Shown in pieces: positions 37,659 to 49,400 of a stretch of DNA of 64,000 nucleotides (position 1 is the stretch's first letter; each line of letters starts with the position of its first letter). Made by a program: the position numbers and the translations under genes. The stretch comes from a virus (taxonomy: Duplodnaviria > Caudoviricetes): IMG/VR virus record IMGVR_UViG_3300020172_000524, positions 1 through 64,000 of that record; one strand, given 5' to 3'. A model generated the notes under the pieces. The model was not told where the DNA came from. It saw nothing but the letters and a program-made list of their open reading frames with translations, and searched no databases.

Positions 37659-40600
37659 ATGGCAAAAATAATCTGCCCTACCAGGGAAAATAAAGACTTT
37701 TCAAACTTAAGCAATGCTATAGGTAGTGATGCCTTAGCAAGATATGTATGGCTTCAACACGGTAATCTTCCTTTAAATGTAACGGAGGATTCTGAAGGAA
37801 ACATTGTTCCTAATGAAACCTACAAAAGAATATTAAATGAAGTTGCAGACGGTAACGAAAATCTTGCCTTAGATACTACTTCTTTGATGTACTACCCTAG
37901 TTTTAAAGAAAAGTATGCTGAAGAAGATCCTGCTTTTATTGTAGACTACATTAAACAAGAAGCACAGGACAAACAAGAGAAGGCAGCTAGAAGACAAGCT
38001 CAAGTTGAAGAAGAGAAGATTATTCCTGGAACAAAGACTCTTTACATTCAATCACCTGAAGGAGATGTTGTATATACTCAAGAAGAAGGAAAAGAAATCT
38101 TTGACAGTTTAGAGTACTTAGCGTCTACTAAAAAAGGTTGGAAGGGTGTAGTCGAATCATTGAAAGAAAGAGTCACAGACATTCAAACAAAGATTAAGAA
38201 TGGTGCAAGCGATCCTGAAGTAACTGTTACTCCTCAAGAACTTTTAATCGGTAAGAACTTAGTCAACCTTCTTAAGCATTGGCCTCAAGTAAAAGCTTGG
38301 TATCTCAGTCAAGATACAAACTTTGGCTTAGAGTTACTTGAAGATGAAGTAGATCAAGAGACAGGAGGAAGTGTATACAATAAGAATGCACATGAACGCA
38401 GTCAGATGGATTTAGCATCTGCTGAAGTTATTAAATTAGTACAATCTCTTCCTAGGTATAATAAACTTACTACACAAGATCGTAAGGATGTTAAAGAAGG
38501 CAAGAAGAGTATTACGGACTTTCAAGTAATCAGTAACCTAACAGGCTTTCCCGTAGTCGGAACTTTCTCTACTAACTGGAATGTACTTACTTCTAGTTTG
38601 TCTGGTATTACTAAGTATGATAAAATCTTACAAGAGTTAGAAGTAGTTGCTCAAGAGTATCCTCAGTTTAGAGACTTAGCTAACATGCTTCCTAAGGAAG
38701 ACATACAGGATGCAGACCTAAAGACTGCAAACTTTGTAGCTTCTTTTGTACAGACTGTATCTCTACCTGAAATAGGCGCCTATCAATTGTCTATTGGAAA
38801 AAGAAATGTAGGTAAAGAAGTTAAGTTAACCTCTAAAGTATTTAAGTTAGGCACTAGAACAGTAGACAATCTAATTCGTTACTTTGACGAAGACTACTTT
38901 AAGTCTAATCCTAGCTACGGTATTTTAAACGATGAAGGAAAGACTGTTTTAAACATTCCTAAACTATTAGCAGACTTCAGAGGTATTACAGATATTCGTA
39001 GATTCTTCGCAGACAAAAATAATATAGACTCCCCAGAAGGAAGAAAGCTTCTTCAAGGCATCCACAAGTTCTACAATGCATTAGGTATAATTCCTAGTAA
39101 TGCTCTTTACCAAAAAGACAAGAAAGCTTTGTATGACTTCTTAGCTGATACTACGTTTGAAGTAAGAGAACTATATGATAAGTTAGAAGCTAGTATCGAT
39201 GATAAAACAGTTACTCAACCACTACAGTTTTTAGCTAGACCCCAAGGTTCAGGCAAACAACTTGGTCCTAAGTTTGATATTGTAAATAAGATTGTAGGTT
39301 ACTATGGTAAGTTTGAGAGAGAGTTTGCTTCAGGTTCTTACTATAACCCTGAGGATAAACTACAATACAATCGTGTACAATACTTTTATCTTACTCAAGT
39401 AACTAACGCACTTAATAGTGTAAACAGTTATAACGAGTTAATTAGTAAGCCTGAGTTTGCTCATTTAGACTTTAGATTAAATCCTAATATTCTTGGTTCT
39501 GTATGGATGGAAAGAATGTTTGGTGTTAGTCTTAAGGGTAAAACTATTGGACAACTTAAGAAAGAACTAGACGGAGGTAAAGAGTTTCCTAGACTTAAAA
39601 CTAAGTTTAGTAAAGAGCCCTTTAAGATCGACATAGTAAACTATTCTGGTTTAAGCATTGATGCTGACGTAAAGAAAGGTGTTACTACTACAGAACTTAC
39701 AGCAGAAGATAAGATTACACAAGACTTTATTTCTTTCTTTGCTGGAGGAGTAGTAGAAAACATTCGTTTTGGTGACAAAGGAACTTCTTACGCTACCGTT
39801 ACTTCAGGTAAGATAGAAGAGAGAATGTATATTCCTTTGAATAGCGAGATCATGGGTATGCCAGAAAAGCCTACCTCTGTAGTGGAACAAGCACTTGTAG
39901 CACAGTTTAAAGATTATCTTACCTCTGAAGTATATCGTATTCTTGCTATCAATAAGGATACAAAGAAACACACCTACAATAAGAATGGAAGACAGTTGTT
40001 TTTATTTAAAGACATGCTTCCAAAAGAAGACTATGATGCTTTGACTAGTGAAGATGATGCAGTAGTAAAAGAAGCCTATGGTAGAGTCGTTAATCAACTT
40101 CCTACTTATCTAGGTAATTATTTTGCAGAACAGACTAAGGCTTATAAAAGTCGTTTATCAGATTCTGTTCTTGGAGATACTTCTGCTATTATGTCTTCGA
40201 TTACAGAAGAACAAAGAGAGGAGCAATTAGTAAATTCTATTAATGCATTAGGATTTATGGACCCTGCTTTAAGTAAAGTAGGATTAAATAAAAACAATCT
40301 AGATTACGTTATTGCAAACTACTTAAAGAACGACTTTATTCATAAGGCAGAGTTCATGAAAGTGTTTGTAGGAGACATTGCTAACTTCCAAGTTAAAGGT
40401 GACTTCCGTGAGGTCTTCAAGCGTATTCCTCTTACCTCTTCTCCTGGATTTGTTTTCCAAGACAATCCAGTAGTAATGGCTCACTTAAACAACAGTAGTG
40501 GTACTAACGGACTATACAAAGCCCTTAGAGGTGGTGGAAGAAAGTTTGGTAAGACTGTAAGAACTGTAGTATTTAATGACGTTAATACTTTTTCTAAAGA

Positions 40601-43600
40601 AGATTGGCCTACGTATAGAGCTGCTTTAGGACTTCCTGATACTATGGAGTATCAAGAGTATGTAAACTCTCCTAAGGAAGCAGATGCACAAGGTTTAGTT
40701 AGTTTAGATTTTTATCGTAACTATCTTATTGGTCTAGGACAATGGTCTCAGGAGCAAGAAAATGCCTACTTAAACGAAATAGAAATCTTCAAGATTCTTA
40801 ACAAGAAAGAAAAGACAGAAGAGGACTATGCTAAGATGCAAGAGTTGAAAGCTTCTATGAACTACGTAGGTTTCCCTCCACTTAAGTTGGGACACTATGG
40901 ACCTATTGTAGAAGATCCTAAGCTTACAGCTTTACATAAGTATTCATTAGCTCCTATGATTCCTTCTATGATTGCAGGAACACAGTTAGAAGAATTGAAC
41001 AAACAAATGATAGCTAAGCAAATTGACTATGCTACATTTAACTCAGGTTCTAAAGCTTCTAACTACGGAGATGCTCTAGACTTTTATGTTCCAGACGTAA
41101 ACAATCAAGGAACTCTTAAAGTAAATCCAAGTATTAAAGGGAACAACGTTACTACTCTTCACTTAACTAACCTTAAGCAACAACAGTATATTGCTCCTAA
41201 ATTTAAGAACGAAGCTACTTTAGCTACTCAGATGGTCAAACTTATCTTTGGAGATTTTTTTGCTCAAGGTAAATTAACTGACTTAAATGCGAGTACTGCA
41301 AAAACTATCTCTGATCTTTACAAAGACTATACAAATGTATTAGGAAATATTATTGGAGCAGAAGAAATTAATCTATTTAACAAACTAGGAATAAGCAAAG
41401 ATGCTCAAGGTAACATTGTAGGCTTTGACAACAAGAAGTTCTATAACTTCCTAAAAGGAGAGTTAGAAAAGAGAGATACAAGTGCTTCTCTTAAAAGGTA
41501 TATTCAATTAGATGAAGCTGGTAACATCAAGTATCCACTAGATGCTACCAAGAACAGAGCAGAGATTGAAAACATCTTACTCTCTATTATTAATAATAAA
41601 GTTATCTCTCAGAAACTCCACGGGGAGTCTTATGTACAGATGGCTTCTACAGCTCAAGGCAATACAAGATTCACTAAACCTACTGAAGAACAAATTAAGA
41701 AGTACGGTATTAACGGATTAAGATTCTACCGTAAGGGACCTGATGGTACAGAACCTGCAGATGTTAAAATTGCATTCAATCCTAAGAAGCATGCAGGTTT
41801 ACTTAATCTTACATTTAGAGGTAAGAAGATCGGAACTATAGATAACCTAAACAAGATCCTTAAATCTAATAACCAAGAAGCTATTGATTGGGTAAACCAA
41901 CACACTAAAAAACTTAGCTTAGTAGGTGTACGTATTCCTGTACAAGGACTAAACTCTATGGAGTACTTTAGAGTAAGAGAGTTCTTACCTACTAGTGCAG
42001 GTCCTGTAATTGTAGTTCCTTCTCAAATCGTAGTTAAGTCGGGTTCTGACTTTGACATAGATAAGTTGACTATGTTTGAACCTAAGTTAGATGCTAACGG
42101 AGAGATAGTAGGAGATGGAGGATTTGATTTAGGAAAGTACAGAGAGAGCCTTCCTAGCCAGAAAGAGGCTATGAGGATGCTTAAGACTCTTATTGAAGCT
42201 AAGCAAGCTTTATCAGAAGTTCTAGCAGTAACTCCTGTTTATGTAAACAAAAAACAATTAGAGAAAGAAATCCAAGAGTTAACCGAGTCTATCTCTTCGA
42301 CAGAAGAAGAGATTGGTAAATTCTCTAACAAAAAAATGAACCTAGAAGAACTTCAGGCACTTATGTCTGAGGGATCTAGCGAGAAAGAAAACTTAATTAA
42401 AGCTAAGATAGAAGAAGCAAAAGCACTTGCTAAATCAGGTGATCTAGCTGCATCTCTTCCAGTACTTAAAGCACTTAAGTCTGAAATCAAAAACTACGTA
42501 GAATCAGTTAATGGAGTAAGAAACTTTAAACAGGCTAACGTTAATAAGTTGATTGACATCTTTACCTCTGTTCTTTCTATGAAGGAGAACTACGATAAGC
42601 TAGTTCTTCCTAATACCAACACTGTATTGACAGAGATCTCTGATAAGCTAAATGCTAATCCTATTACTTCTACTGAACTATTTAGTCCTTTGACATCTAA
42701 CCGTGTATACGGAGACAATATCGAGTCTAAGAAGGCTTTAGGAATTGATGCTAAGCTTAACACTATGCAGAAAGAGTTTCAGATTGCAGGTCTTGTTTAC
42801 ACAAACGAACTCTCTTTTATGTATCCTTTTTCTGCAAATAAAGTAGGCGAAGGAATTAGTTTAGGTGAAAAAACTCTTACAGACGGAACTTCTATTTCTC
42901 GTGTAATCAGTGAAGCTATTAATGGTCACGTAGATATTGCAAAAGAAGATTGGATTATCTTGTTAGGATTAGATAAAGCTAAGACTCCTTTATTTCATGC
43001 TATGATTCTTGCAGGTACCCCTGTAAAGACTGCCTTAGATTTCTTGAATAAACCTGTAGTAAAGTATGTTCTTAAAGAATCTACTAGAGGTCCTTTGTTT
43101 CAACAGTTAGGCGGCAGAAGAGGAAGACGTACTGATTTAACTTTTAATGATATTCTACTAGATACTTTTTACGAATTAGATTCCTCAGAAGAAACCTATA
43201 GTATAATTCAAGGTTCCATTGTATATAATAATAGTGATAATATTAAAATTAAGGAAAGTATTTTAAACATAAGATCTTCGGTAGGCTCAATCGAGAACAA
43301 AGAAGTTGCTGATAAAGTAAAAGATCTAGTTGATCTTTATATGATTAAACAACTACAAGGTTCTATTCAGCAATTGACTAGTCTTGTAGATTACAATACA
43401 AAAAGATTCCAGAACTCCTACCAAGTAAAAGCGGATAAGATTACTTTAGGTAAGATTTATTCTAGTTTTAATAGTGAAGGTTTAAACAAACTAATTAATA
43501 AATCTGCTTTATCTAAGTTTAATCAATCTAATAGTATTGAGTCTTTGATGCCTCAAATATTTGATGTATCTAATCATCCTAGTGTGCTTGATGCTATTAC

Positions 43601-45866
43601 AATTTATTCTAACAGGGCTAGGTTGTTTGTTGAAGAAGACTTAGTAAAAGCTTCTAGAAAAGTTAAAGACAATTACTTAGTTGCTATGGTACAACTCTTT
43701 GGGGTTGATAACACAGGAACCAAGTTACAAGATAAGTTCTTCTCTAAAGCAGGATTACTTACTAAGAGCAATCCTAATAACTTAGCTAAGCGTATTGCAG
43801 ACATCCAAGAGAAGTATAGTGACTTATCTAAGAATCAAGTTTTAGCAAACCTTTACACAGCTGAGACTAACTCTGATAATGTTATTTTCAAACTTAGGAA
43901 TGCAAACCTAGATAGTTACTTGATTGGAGAGTATGAGAAAGCATTTATTACAGGACTTAATGACGTACGTCCAGACGTACGTGAAGTATTCCAGAATCTT
44001 GGCTTAGGAACATTCCTTCAGTTTGGATTTGCTAAAAACTCTTACGGTCTATCTCAAATAATTCCTTATGAGACTTATGTAACTCACACAACTCAAGCAG
44101 TAGCTAGACTTAAAGAAGGATTACAGGATGAACAGTTTTCAAAGTCTATCTCTAGGTACATAGGATTAATGACTTACTTCAATGATAGTAAGAATGTTCC
44201 TACGTTGGTTTTAAATTCTAAAGTAGCCAACGATGCTTACAATGCAGACTATTTAGTTACTGTAGGAAGAGATGCTGATACCCTAGACAGTGCGCTTAGA
44301 GATATTGCTAACTTTAAAAGTAAATCTTATACTAACTTTGAGAACATTAAATCTAAAGGTAAGTTTAGAGGTCTTCCTATAGAGTTAGTAGATGTTATCC
44401 CTACTAAGAAGACTACTCCTGTAGCTATGAGAAATAGAGAGGGTACTATTCTTATTGATGAGAAAGCGTTCATCCAGAAGTTTAATGATAAAGCTTGGAC
44501 TGAGCCTGTTAAACAATCAGATGATAGTTTTGCTACTCCATTAGCTTTAGATGAATTTCAATCAATAGAAGAGTTCTTGACGTTTGCTCTTATTCATGAA
44601 ACAAAGCATAACACAGTCAAGAGAGTAGACGGAGAGACTGTTGGGCAATACGAAGACAGAGTTAATCAAGCTGCTTTACAAGACTTACGTTATAGTTACC
44701 GTAAAGGTCAAGCAATTACAGCAGTTCCTTTTCAACCACTAAACGTACCTACTCAACCGTCTACTAGCGTTAATAAATTTGATAAGAAAAATTTATTTAC
44801 TGTAACTCCTATAAAAACTGCTGATAAAAAAGCAATTATTAAAGCAAGTATTGCTACTCAATATATAGGATTTGGTGAAGGTATCCAGGGAAGTTCGACA
44901 GAATTATACAGACAACAGGTATTACAACAAACTTTTAAACAAATTCCTAAAGTAGGAGATGTTGTTACAATGACATTTGAAATAGACTATAAAGATGTTG
45001 AAGTAGCAGCTAAAATAACTGCTTTAAAAATTAATCTAGAAGAGTCTATAAGTAATAAAGGTTTTGCAGTCGATTTAGAAAACATCAAAACAGGTAAAAA
45101 ATATGAAGTATATGTAGATACAGACGGTTCTATTTCACAGTTTGTAGGTAAAAAAGGATTAAAAATAGGAACTGATAACTATATAAAAGAGTTTAATATT
45201 GATGCTCAAGAGAACAATATTGTAAATTCAGGTAACTACTCAGCTGATGATGTTATATTTGTATCTGTTCCAGGTAGAAGAGGTACTGAATTACAACAAA
45301 AAACTCAACAAGATAGAACTATTAAAGAAGCTGTTAAAGCTGTGGAAGCTGGAGCTACTATTCTTACTGATAATAAATCTTATATAGACTCCAATAAATA
45401 TAATACAGGGGAACAAAGACTTTATAAAAATATGGAGTCTAAAGGTTATAGCTACTCTGAAATTACAATTGATGGTCAATTAATCGGTACTTGGAGTAAA
45501 TCTACTCAACCATCTACTGGTGTTAAGGAAGAAGTAGCTGAAACACAAGTAGCAATCCAACAGAACTTTAACTTAAAGGAGGGATCTAAGGTACAAGTAA
45601 ATACGAGTGATACTTCTTTTGAAGTAGAGTTAAAGACCTTTAGACAGAGAGATAATGTAGTAGAACTTTCTTATGTTAATTCTTTTGGTGTACAGATAGG
45701 ATATCGGGGAAAAGTTAGAAGTGGTACTTTATATCCTACAGAAATTTTTAATCAAAGAAAAGGATGGAGTAAGCTAAGTACAGCTAGTTATGTTGATATT
45801 CAATTATCTAATATGCCTTCTTCTCAAGATACTAATCAAACTATAACAGATCCATTTAAATGTTAA
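37659..45866 (+). CDS. Virion-packaged DNA-dependent RNA polymerase of crAss-like phages, with C-terminal zincin-like and accessory domains
   Basis: RIPVQGLNSM...LPTSAGPVIVVP...GSDFDIDKL catalytic DxDxD-type motif; ADAQG, PPLK, LHKYS and NGHVDIAKE blocks; HETKH at 44595. Confidence 0.9.
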   Translation: MAKIICPTRENKDFSNLSNAIGSDALARYVWLQHGNLPLNVTEDSEGNIVPNETYKRILNEVADGNENLALDTTSLMYYPSFKEKYAEEDPAFIVDYIKQEAQDKQEKAARRQAQVEEEKIIPGTKTLYIQSPEGDVVYTQEEGKEIFDSLEYLASTKKGWKGVVESLKERVTDIQTKIKNGASDPEVTVTPQELLIGKNLVNLLKHWPQVKAWYLSQDTNFGLELLEDEVDQETGGSVYNKNAHERSQMDLASAEVIKLVQSLPRYNKLTTQDRKDVKEGKKSITDFQVISNLTGFPVVGTFSTNWNVLTSSLSGITKYDKILQELEVVAQEYPQFRDLANMLPKEDIQDADLKTANFVASFVQTVSLPEIGAYQLSIGKRNVGKEVKLTSKVFKLGTRTVDNLIRYFDEDYFKSNPSYGILNDEGKTVLNIPKLLADFRGITDIRRFFADKNNIDSPEGRKLLQGIHKFYNALGIIPSNALYQKDKKALYDFLADTTFEVRELYDKLEASIDDKTVTQPLQFLARPQGSGKQLGPKFDIVNKIVGYYGKFEREFASGSYYNPEDKLQYNRVQYFYLTQVTNALNSVNSYNELISKPEFAHLDFRLNPNILGSVWMERMFGVSLKGKTIGQLKKELDGGKEFPRLKTKFSKEPFKIDIVNYSGLSIDADVKKGVTTTELTAEDKITQDFISFFAGGVVENIRFGDKGTSYATVTSGKIEERMYIPLNSEIMGMPEKPTSVVEQALVAQFKDYLTSEVYRILAINKDTKKHTYNKNGRQLFLFKDMLPKEDYDALTSEDDAVVKEAYGRVVNQLPTYLGNYFAEQTKAYKSRLSDSVLGDTSAIMSSITEEQREEQLVNSINALGFMDPALSKVGLNKNNLDYVIANYLKNDFIHKAEFMKVFVGDIANFQVKGDFREVFKRIPLTSSPGFVFQDNPVVMAHLNNSSGTNGLYKALRGGGRKFGKTVRTVVFNDVNTFSKEDWPTYRAALGLPDTMEYQEYVNSPKEADAQGLVSLDFYRNYLIGLGQWSQEQENAYLNEIEIFKILNKKEKTEEDYAKMQELKASMNYVGFPPLKLGHYGPIVEDPKLTALHKYSLAPMIPSMIAGTQLEELNKQMIAKQIDYATFNSGSKASNYGDALDFYVPDVNNQGTLKVNPSIKGNNVTTLHLTNLKQQQYIAPKFKNEATLATQMVKLIFGDFFAQGKLTDLNASTAKTISDLYKDYTNVLGNIIGAEEINLFNKLGISKDAQGNIVGFDNKKFYNFLKGELEKRDTSASLKRYIQLDEAGNIKYPLDATKNRAEIENILLSIINNKVISQKLHGESYVQMASTAQGNTRFTKPTEEQIKKYGINGLRFYRKGPDGTEPADVKIAFNPKKHAGLLNLTFRGKKIGTIDNLNKILKSNNQEAIDWVNQHTKKLSLVGVRIPVQGLNSMEYFRVREFLPTSAGPVIVVPSQIVVKSGSDFDIDKLTMFEPKLDANGEIVGDGGFDLGKYRESLPSQKEAMRMLKTLIEAKQALSEVLAVTPVYVNKKQLEKEIQELTESISSTEEEIGKFSNKKMNLEELQALMSEGSSEKENLIKAKIEEAKALAKSGDLAASLPVLKALKSEIKNYVESVNGVRNFKQANVNKLIDIFTSVLSMKENYDKLVLPNTNTVLTEISDKLNANPITSTELFSPLTSNRVYGDNIESKKALGIDAKLNTMQKEFQIAGLVYTNELSFMYPFSANKVGEGISLGEKTLTDGTSISRVISEAINGHVDIAKEDWIILLGLDKAKTPLFHAMILAGTPVKTALDFLNKPVVKYVLKESTRGPLFQQLGGRRGRRTDLTFNDILLDTFYELDSSEETYSIIQGSIVYNNSDNIKIKESILNIRSSVGSIENKEVADKVKDLVDLYMIKQLQGSIQQLTSLVDYNTKRFQNSYQVKADKITLGKIYSSFNSEGLNKLINKSALSKFNQSNSIESLMPQIFDVSNHPSVLDAITIYSNRARLFVEEDLVKASRKVKDNYLVAMVQLFGVDNTGTKLQDKFFSKAGLLTKSNPNNLAKRIADIQEKYSDLSKNQVLANLYTAETNSDNVIFKLRNANLDSYLIGEYEKAFITGLNDVRPDVREVFQNLGLGTFLQFGFAKNSYGLSQIIPYETYVTHTTQAVARLKEGLQDEQFSKSISRYIGLMTYFNDSKNVPTLVLNSKVANDAYNADYLVTVGRDADTLDSALRDIANFKSKSYTNFENIKSKGKFRGLPIELVDVIPTKKTTPVAMRNREGTILIDEKAFIQKFNDKAWTEPVKQSDDSFATPLALDEFQSIEEFLTFALIHETKHNTVKRVDGETVGQYEDRVNQAALQDLRYSYRKGQAITAVPFQPLNVPTQPSTSVNKFDKKNLFTVTPIKTADKKAIIKASIATQYIGFGEGIQGSSTELYRQQVLQQTFKQIPKVGDVVTMTFEIDYKDVEVAAKITALKINLEESISNKGFAVDLENIKTGKKYEVYVDTDGSISQFVGKKGLKIGTDNYIKEFNIDAQENNIVNSGNYSADDVIFVSVPGRRGTELQQKTQQDRTIKEAVKAVEAGATILTDNKSYIDSNKYNTGEQRLYKNMESKGYSYSEITIDGQLIGTWSKSTQPSTGVKEEVAETQVAIQQNFNLKEGSKVQVNTSDTSFEVELKTFRQRDNVVELSYVNSFGVQIGYRGKVRSGTLYPTEIFNQRKGWSKLSTASYVDIQLSNMPSSQDTNQTITDPFKC
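44749..45526 (+). repeat. Imperfect 25-bp direct repeat (encoding TQPSTxV) bracketing an in-frame module
   Basis: ctactcaaccgtctactagcgttaa (44749-44773) versus ctactcaaccatctactggtgttaa (45502-45526), 22/25 identical. Confidence 0.8.
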
Positions 45867-45870
45867 ACAC

Positions 45871-46383
45871 ATGGCAAGTTGCGACTTAAAAACAACAAAC
45901 AGAGAATACATGATATCTACGGGAGCCTTAGAACAAGGTTCTCGTAAGATAAAAAACGAAGGTCTCTTTGATGTAAAGAATGCAGAGATTAGAGATGCTG
46001 CTAATCAACGTTACAATCTAAACACTCAAGAACTTCCTTTCAGTAAAACAGAAAGAACTATTTCCAGAAGTGAGTATCTTAAAAGAGGGTCTGACTATTT
46101 TGTAGAATGGAACTTTAATGATAAGTTCTTTGATGAAGTAACTCCCACAGTAGAGTTTTATAAGTCTATGGAAGAAAATGAAATAGAAGATGAGATCATA
46201 CCTACTTATGATCAGTTGCAGATTCCATTCGAAGAGTTAATAGATGAAGATGTGATTGTTAAAGACAGTCCTACTAGATCTACTTTTCCTTTTGAAGCTG
46301 AAGACTATCTGGAAGATGTTAAGCCAGAAACTAAAGCTAATTTAAATAAACTCCAATTCAAAGAACAACAGTGTGGTCTTTGA
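45871..46383 (+). CDS. Small virion-module protein with one Cys near each terminus (putative linker)
   Basis: MASCD...EQQCGL; acidic C-terminal half; sits between two giant genes. Confidence 0.65.
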   Translation: MASCDLKTTNREYMISTGALEQGSRKIKNEGLFDVKNAEIRDAANQRYNLNTQELPFSKTERTISRSEYLKRGSDYFVEWNFNDKFFDEVTPTVEFYKSMEENEIEDEIIPTYDQLQIPFEELIDEDVIVKDSPTRSTFPFEAEDYLEDVKPETKANLNKLQFKEQQCGL

Positions 46384-46384
46384 T

Positions 46385-46392
46385 TATATTTG
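46385..46392 (+). promoter_or_regulatory. -7 element TATATTTG
   Basis: Exact match in the gap before the gene at 46419. Confidence 0.5.
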
Positions 46393-46418
46393 TATATATT
46401 CTAACTTAAGATAAAATA

Positions 46419-49400
46419 ATGTCCTGTAAAGCAACTATAAAATCTCCTATTACTGGTAAGACAGTTATGTCTACTACTTACTTTCAGTTAACTAATGTGT
46501 TTGACAAAGAGAAGGCTGTAGATATTTATAACAGTATGTATACTCCAGCATTCCAAGACTTACTTGGGTTTGATTGGACTACAAACAAACAGTATAGAGA
46601 AGAGCTTAACTTAAACGGAGAGCCTAAGATTGAGTACCTTAACAAGATACTTAATTTGGAAATGTCTGATTATCAGATAGATGCGATCAACTCTCAAGAG
46701 GATATCTTGACTCAGTTAGATCCTATGCAGAACTTTCCTAGCTACGAAGAAGCTCAAGTTGTTGCAGCTCAATTTAACTTAAACCCAAGATACAAGAATG
46801 TATCTGCAGAAGTAATAAGAACAGATGATGGTTTCAGAGTAGCAGTAGGTGTTTACAGTATAGCTAGACCAGAAACTAAAGAAACTTTAAGTGCTCTTAA
46901 CTTTGGAGAGATTATCTCTCAGTTCTTTCCTAGTAGCGATACTAATTGGAATGATGTAGTATCAGGATTACTTACTAGCGATCGTATCTCCGATACTCAA
47001 AAGACTATCTTATCTAAATTACAAGAATTACAAAACATCAACCCTAGTGTTAAGCTAGTAGTGTTCGATGATACAGACTCTATGGATGCAGGTCAAGTAG
47101 CATTCTATGACAATAACTCACGTACGATCTACATAGGTAAGACTGTAAGTGAGAGTATGGATGATTCTAAGCTTATTAGAGACATTATCCACGAGTCTAT
47201 GCATGCTTACACCATTAAGGCTTTGAATGAACCTGTAACAGATCAGGAGAAGGCATTTAAGGCAGAGATGGAAAAGGCTTACAACTCTTACTTGAAGAAG
47301 TTTCCTAACCTAGTTGTTAACTACGGATTTAACAACGTAGAAGAGTTTGTAAGTGAGGTAGTATCCAACCCAGATTTTAGAGCAGCTTTAATCACACAGC
47401 AAGAGTCTCTTAAAGAAGATAAGAACTTCTTAAGAAACATGATAGAGAAGATTACAAACTTCTTAAAGGGTTTGTATACTGACGTTCCTAACTTAGAGGA
47501 GATTGATTCTACCATCAATAATTATCTAGATCACTTAGTTGAGACTAGAGATATGCCTGTTACTCAGGGAGAATATGACTTAAGATTCAGAAATGAAAAG
47601 TTTAATCCCAACGGAGTTACAGACTTAGAAAGATTCCCAGAGTTACAGAAGTTTGTAAACTTCATCAATAAGAACTCTTCTACAAAGATGTGGGGACAGA
47701 TTACACAATCCCTTAAAGAGATTGACTCTTCTCTTAGAAACACTGGTAGATTACAAGAACGTTTCACTAGTATTAATGCTACTAACGCTAAAGATATCTT
47801 AGCTAATACTATTAGTTATTTAAATTCAGCTTTATCTACTCTTTCAACTGTACAGAATCAACTAGAACTTTACAAGAAGAACGCTTCTGAGTTTGAAGAC
47901 TTTGCAATCATTAAGACTTTTAACTACGCTAAGAACTTAAGTGGAGTAATCAAAGACCAGCTTAATGAGTTTGAAAAAGAGTTTAACTCTATCTTTAACG
48001 TAGCGGATATAACAGACATGCAAGAGAAAGCTAGCACTATTGAGGCTTTTGAAATGTCTGTACCTAACTACGAAGAAGTAGTTAGAGAGATTTTAAGCAG
48101 TATAGAAGGTACTCGTAAGTTAGCGGACTCTATTGACAGTAACTATAACAACGCAGTAATTGCTCCTATTGCTAGAGAGTTGTCTAGTTCTTTTGGAGAG
48201 AGTGCAACAATTGAAGGTAAGAAAAGAGTACAAGAACAACTTGCAGCATTAGTTGCAGCTAAAGCCAAAGCAGACTCTACTGGTAAAACAGCTTTATCTA
48301 AAGTTTTAGCTAGAGAGATTGAAGACTTACGACAGTTAGAGAAGTTTATTCCTACAGCTAAGAACATTGAAGAGCTTCTTAAAAACGATAAGAAGAACGG
48401 AAGAGAGACTAGTTTGTTAGGTATGTGGATTAACAATGCAGTTCAAGGTAAGAATCCTACTGTCCAAATTGTTAAACAGTTTATTGATAAGGCTACTGCA
48501 GAAGCTCAGGTAAACTCTGGTAAGTTTAGTAAGCGTGCTCAAGATATCTTTGATAGACTACGTGCCCTTAGAGGTAAGTTAGCTACTGAGGTAATGACTT
48601 ACCAAACCTTATATAAAGGTTTTACTAGAGAGGTAGAAGTTTTACATAAACAACCAGATGGTTCTTTCAAGAAAGTAAAGCAAGCAATCTTAAACACTAA
48701 GTTAAAAGAAGAGGAGTTCCAGAATGATCTTAAGATTCTTTTACAAAGAGAAGACGATGCTTTAAAGACAGGTAACCAATCTGCTATAGACTCTACCAAA
48801 GAAGCTACTAATAAGTTCTTAGAAGAGTATGCTATGCGTCCTTACACAGACGAATACTATAAGATTCAAGGCTTACTTACAGAAGAAGCTAAGCAAGCAA
48901 GAGAAGAGATCTTATCAGAGATTAGTTTCTTATCAGAAGATCCTAATCCTGAGGAAGGAACTAAAGACGAGATCAAAAGACTCTTAACTGAGTTTAATCG
49001 CTTAGGTTCTCTTTACTATTCTAATGGAGATGAGAAGCCAGCAGGAAGTAAAGAAAGAAGAATAGCTGAATCTATTATGGCTTGGAAGAAGGAAAGAAAC
49101 AATCGAGATGTTTTAACCTACGACAACCTAACTAAGAGAAAACAGTGGCAGATCCAAAAGAATGAGATAGATGAACAGTACTCTAAAATTTTAAAAAGAA
49201 AGAATGCTTCAGATATTTCTATGTCTATGGCAGGATTTGCAGAAGTGGCAGACGAGAATCTGGCAGAACAGAATGAAAATATCACTAAAGAGTTTGAAGA
49301 AGCTAAGAAAGTAAGAGATCAGTGGTACGAGGAGAATACAAAAACAGAAATTGCACCTGAGTTCTATCGACAACAACAAGCTATCACTGATTCGATTAAT

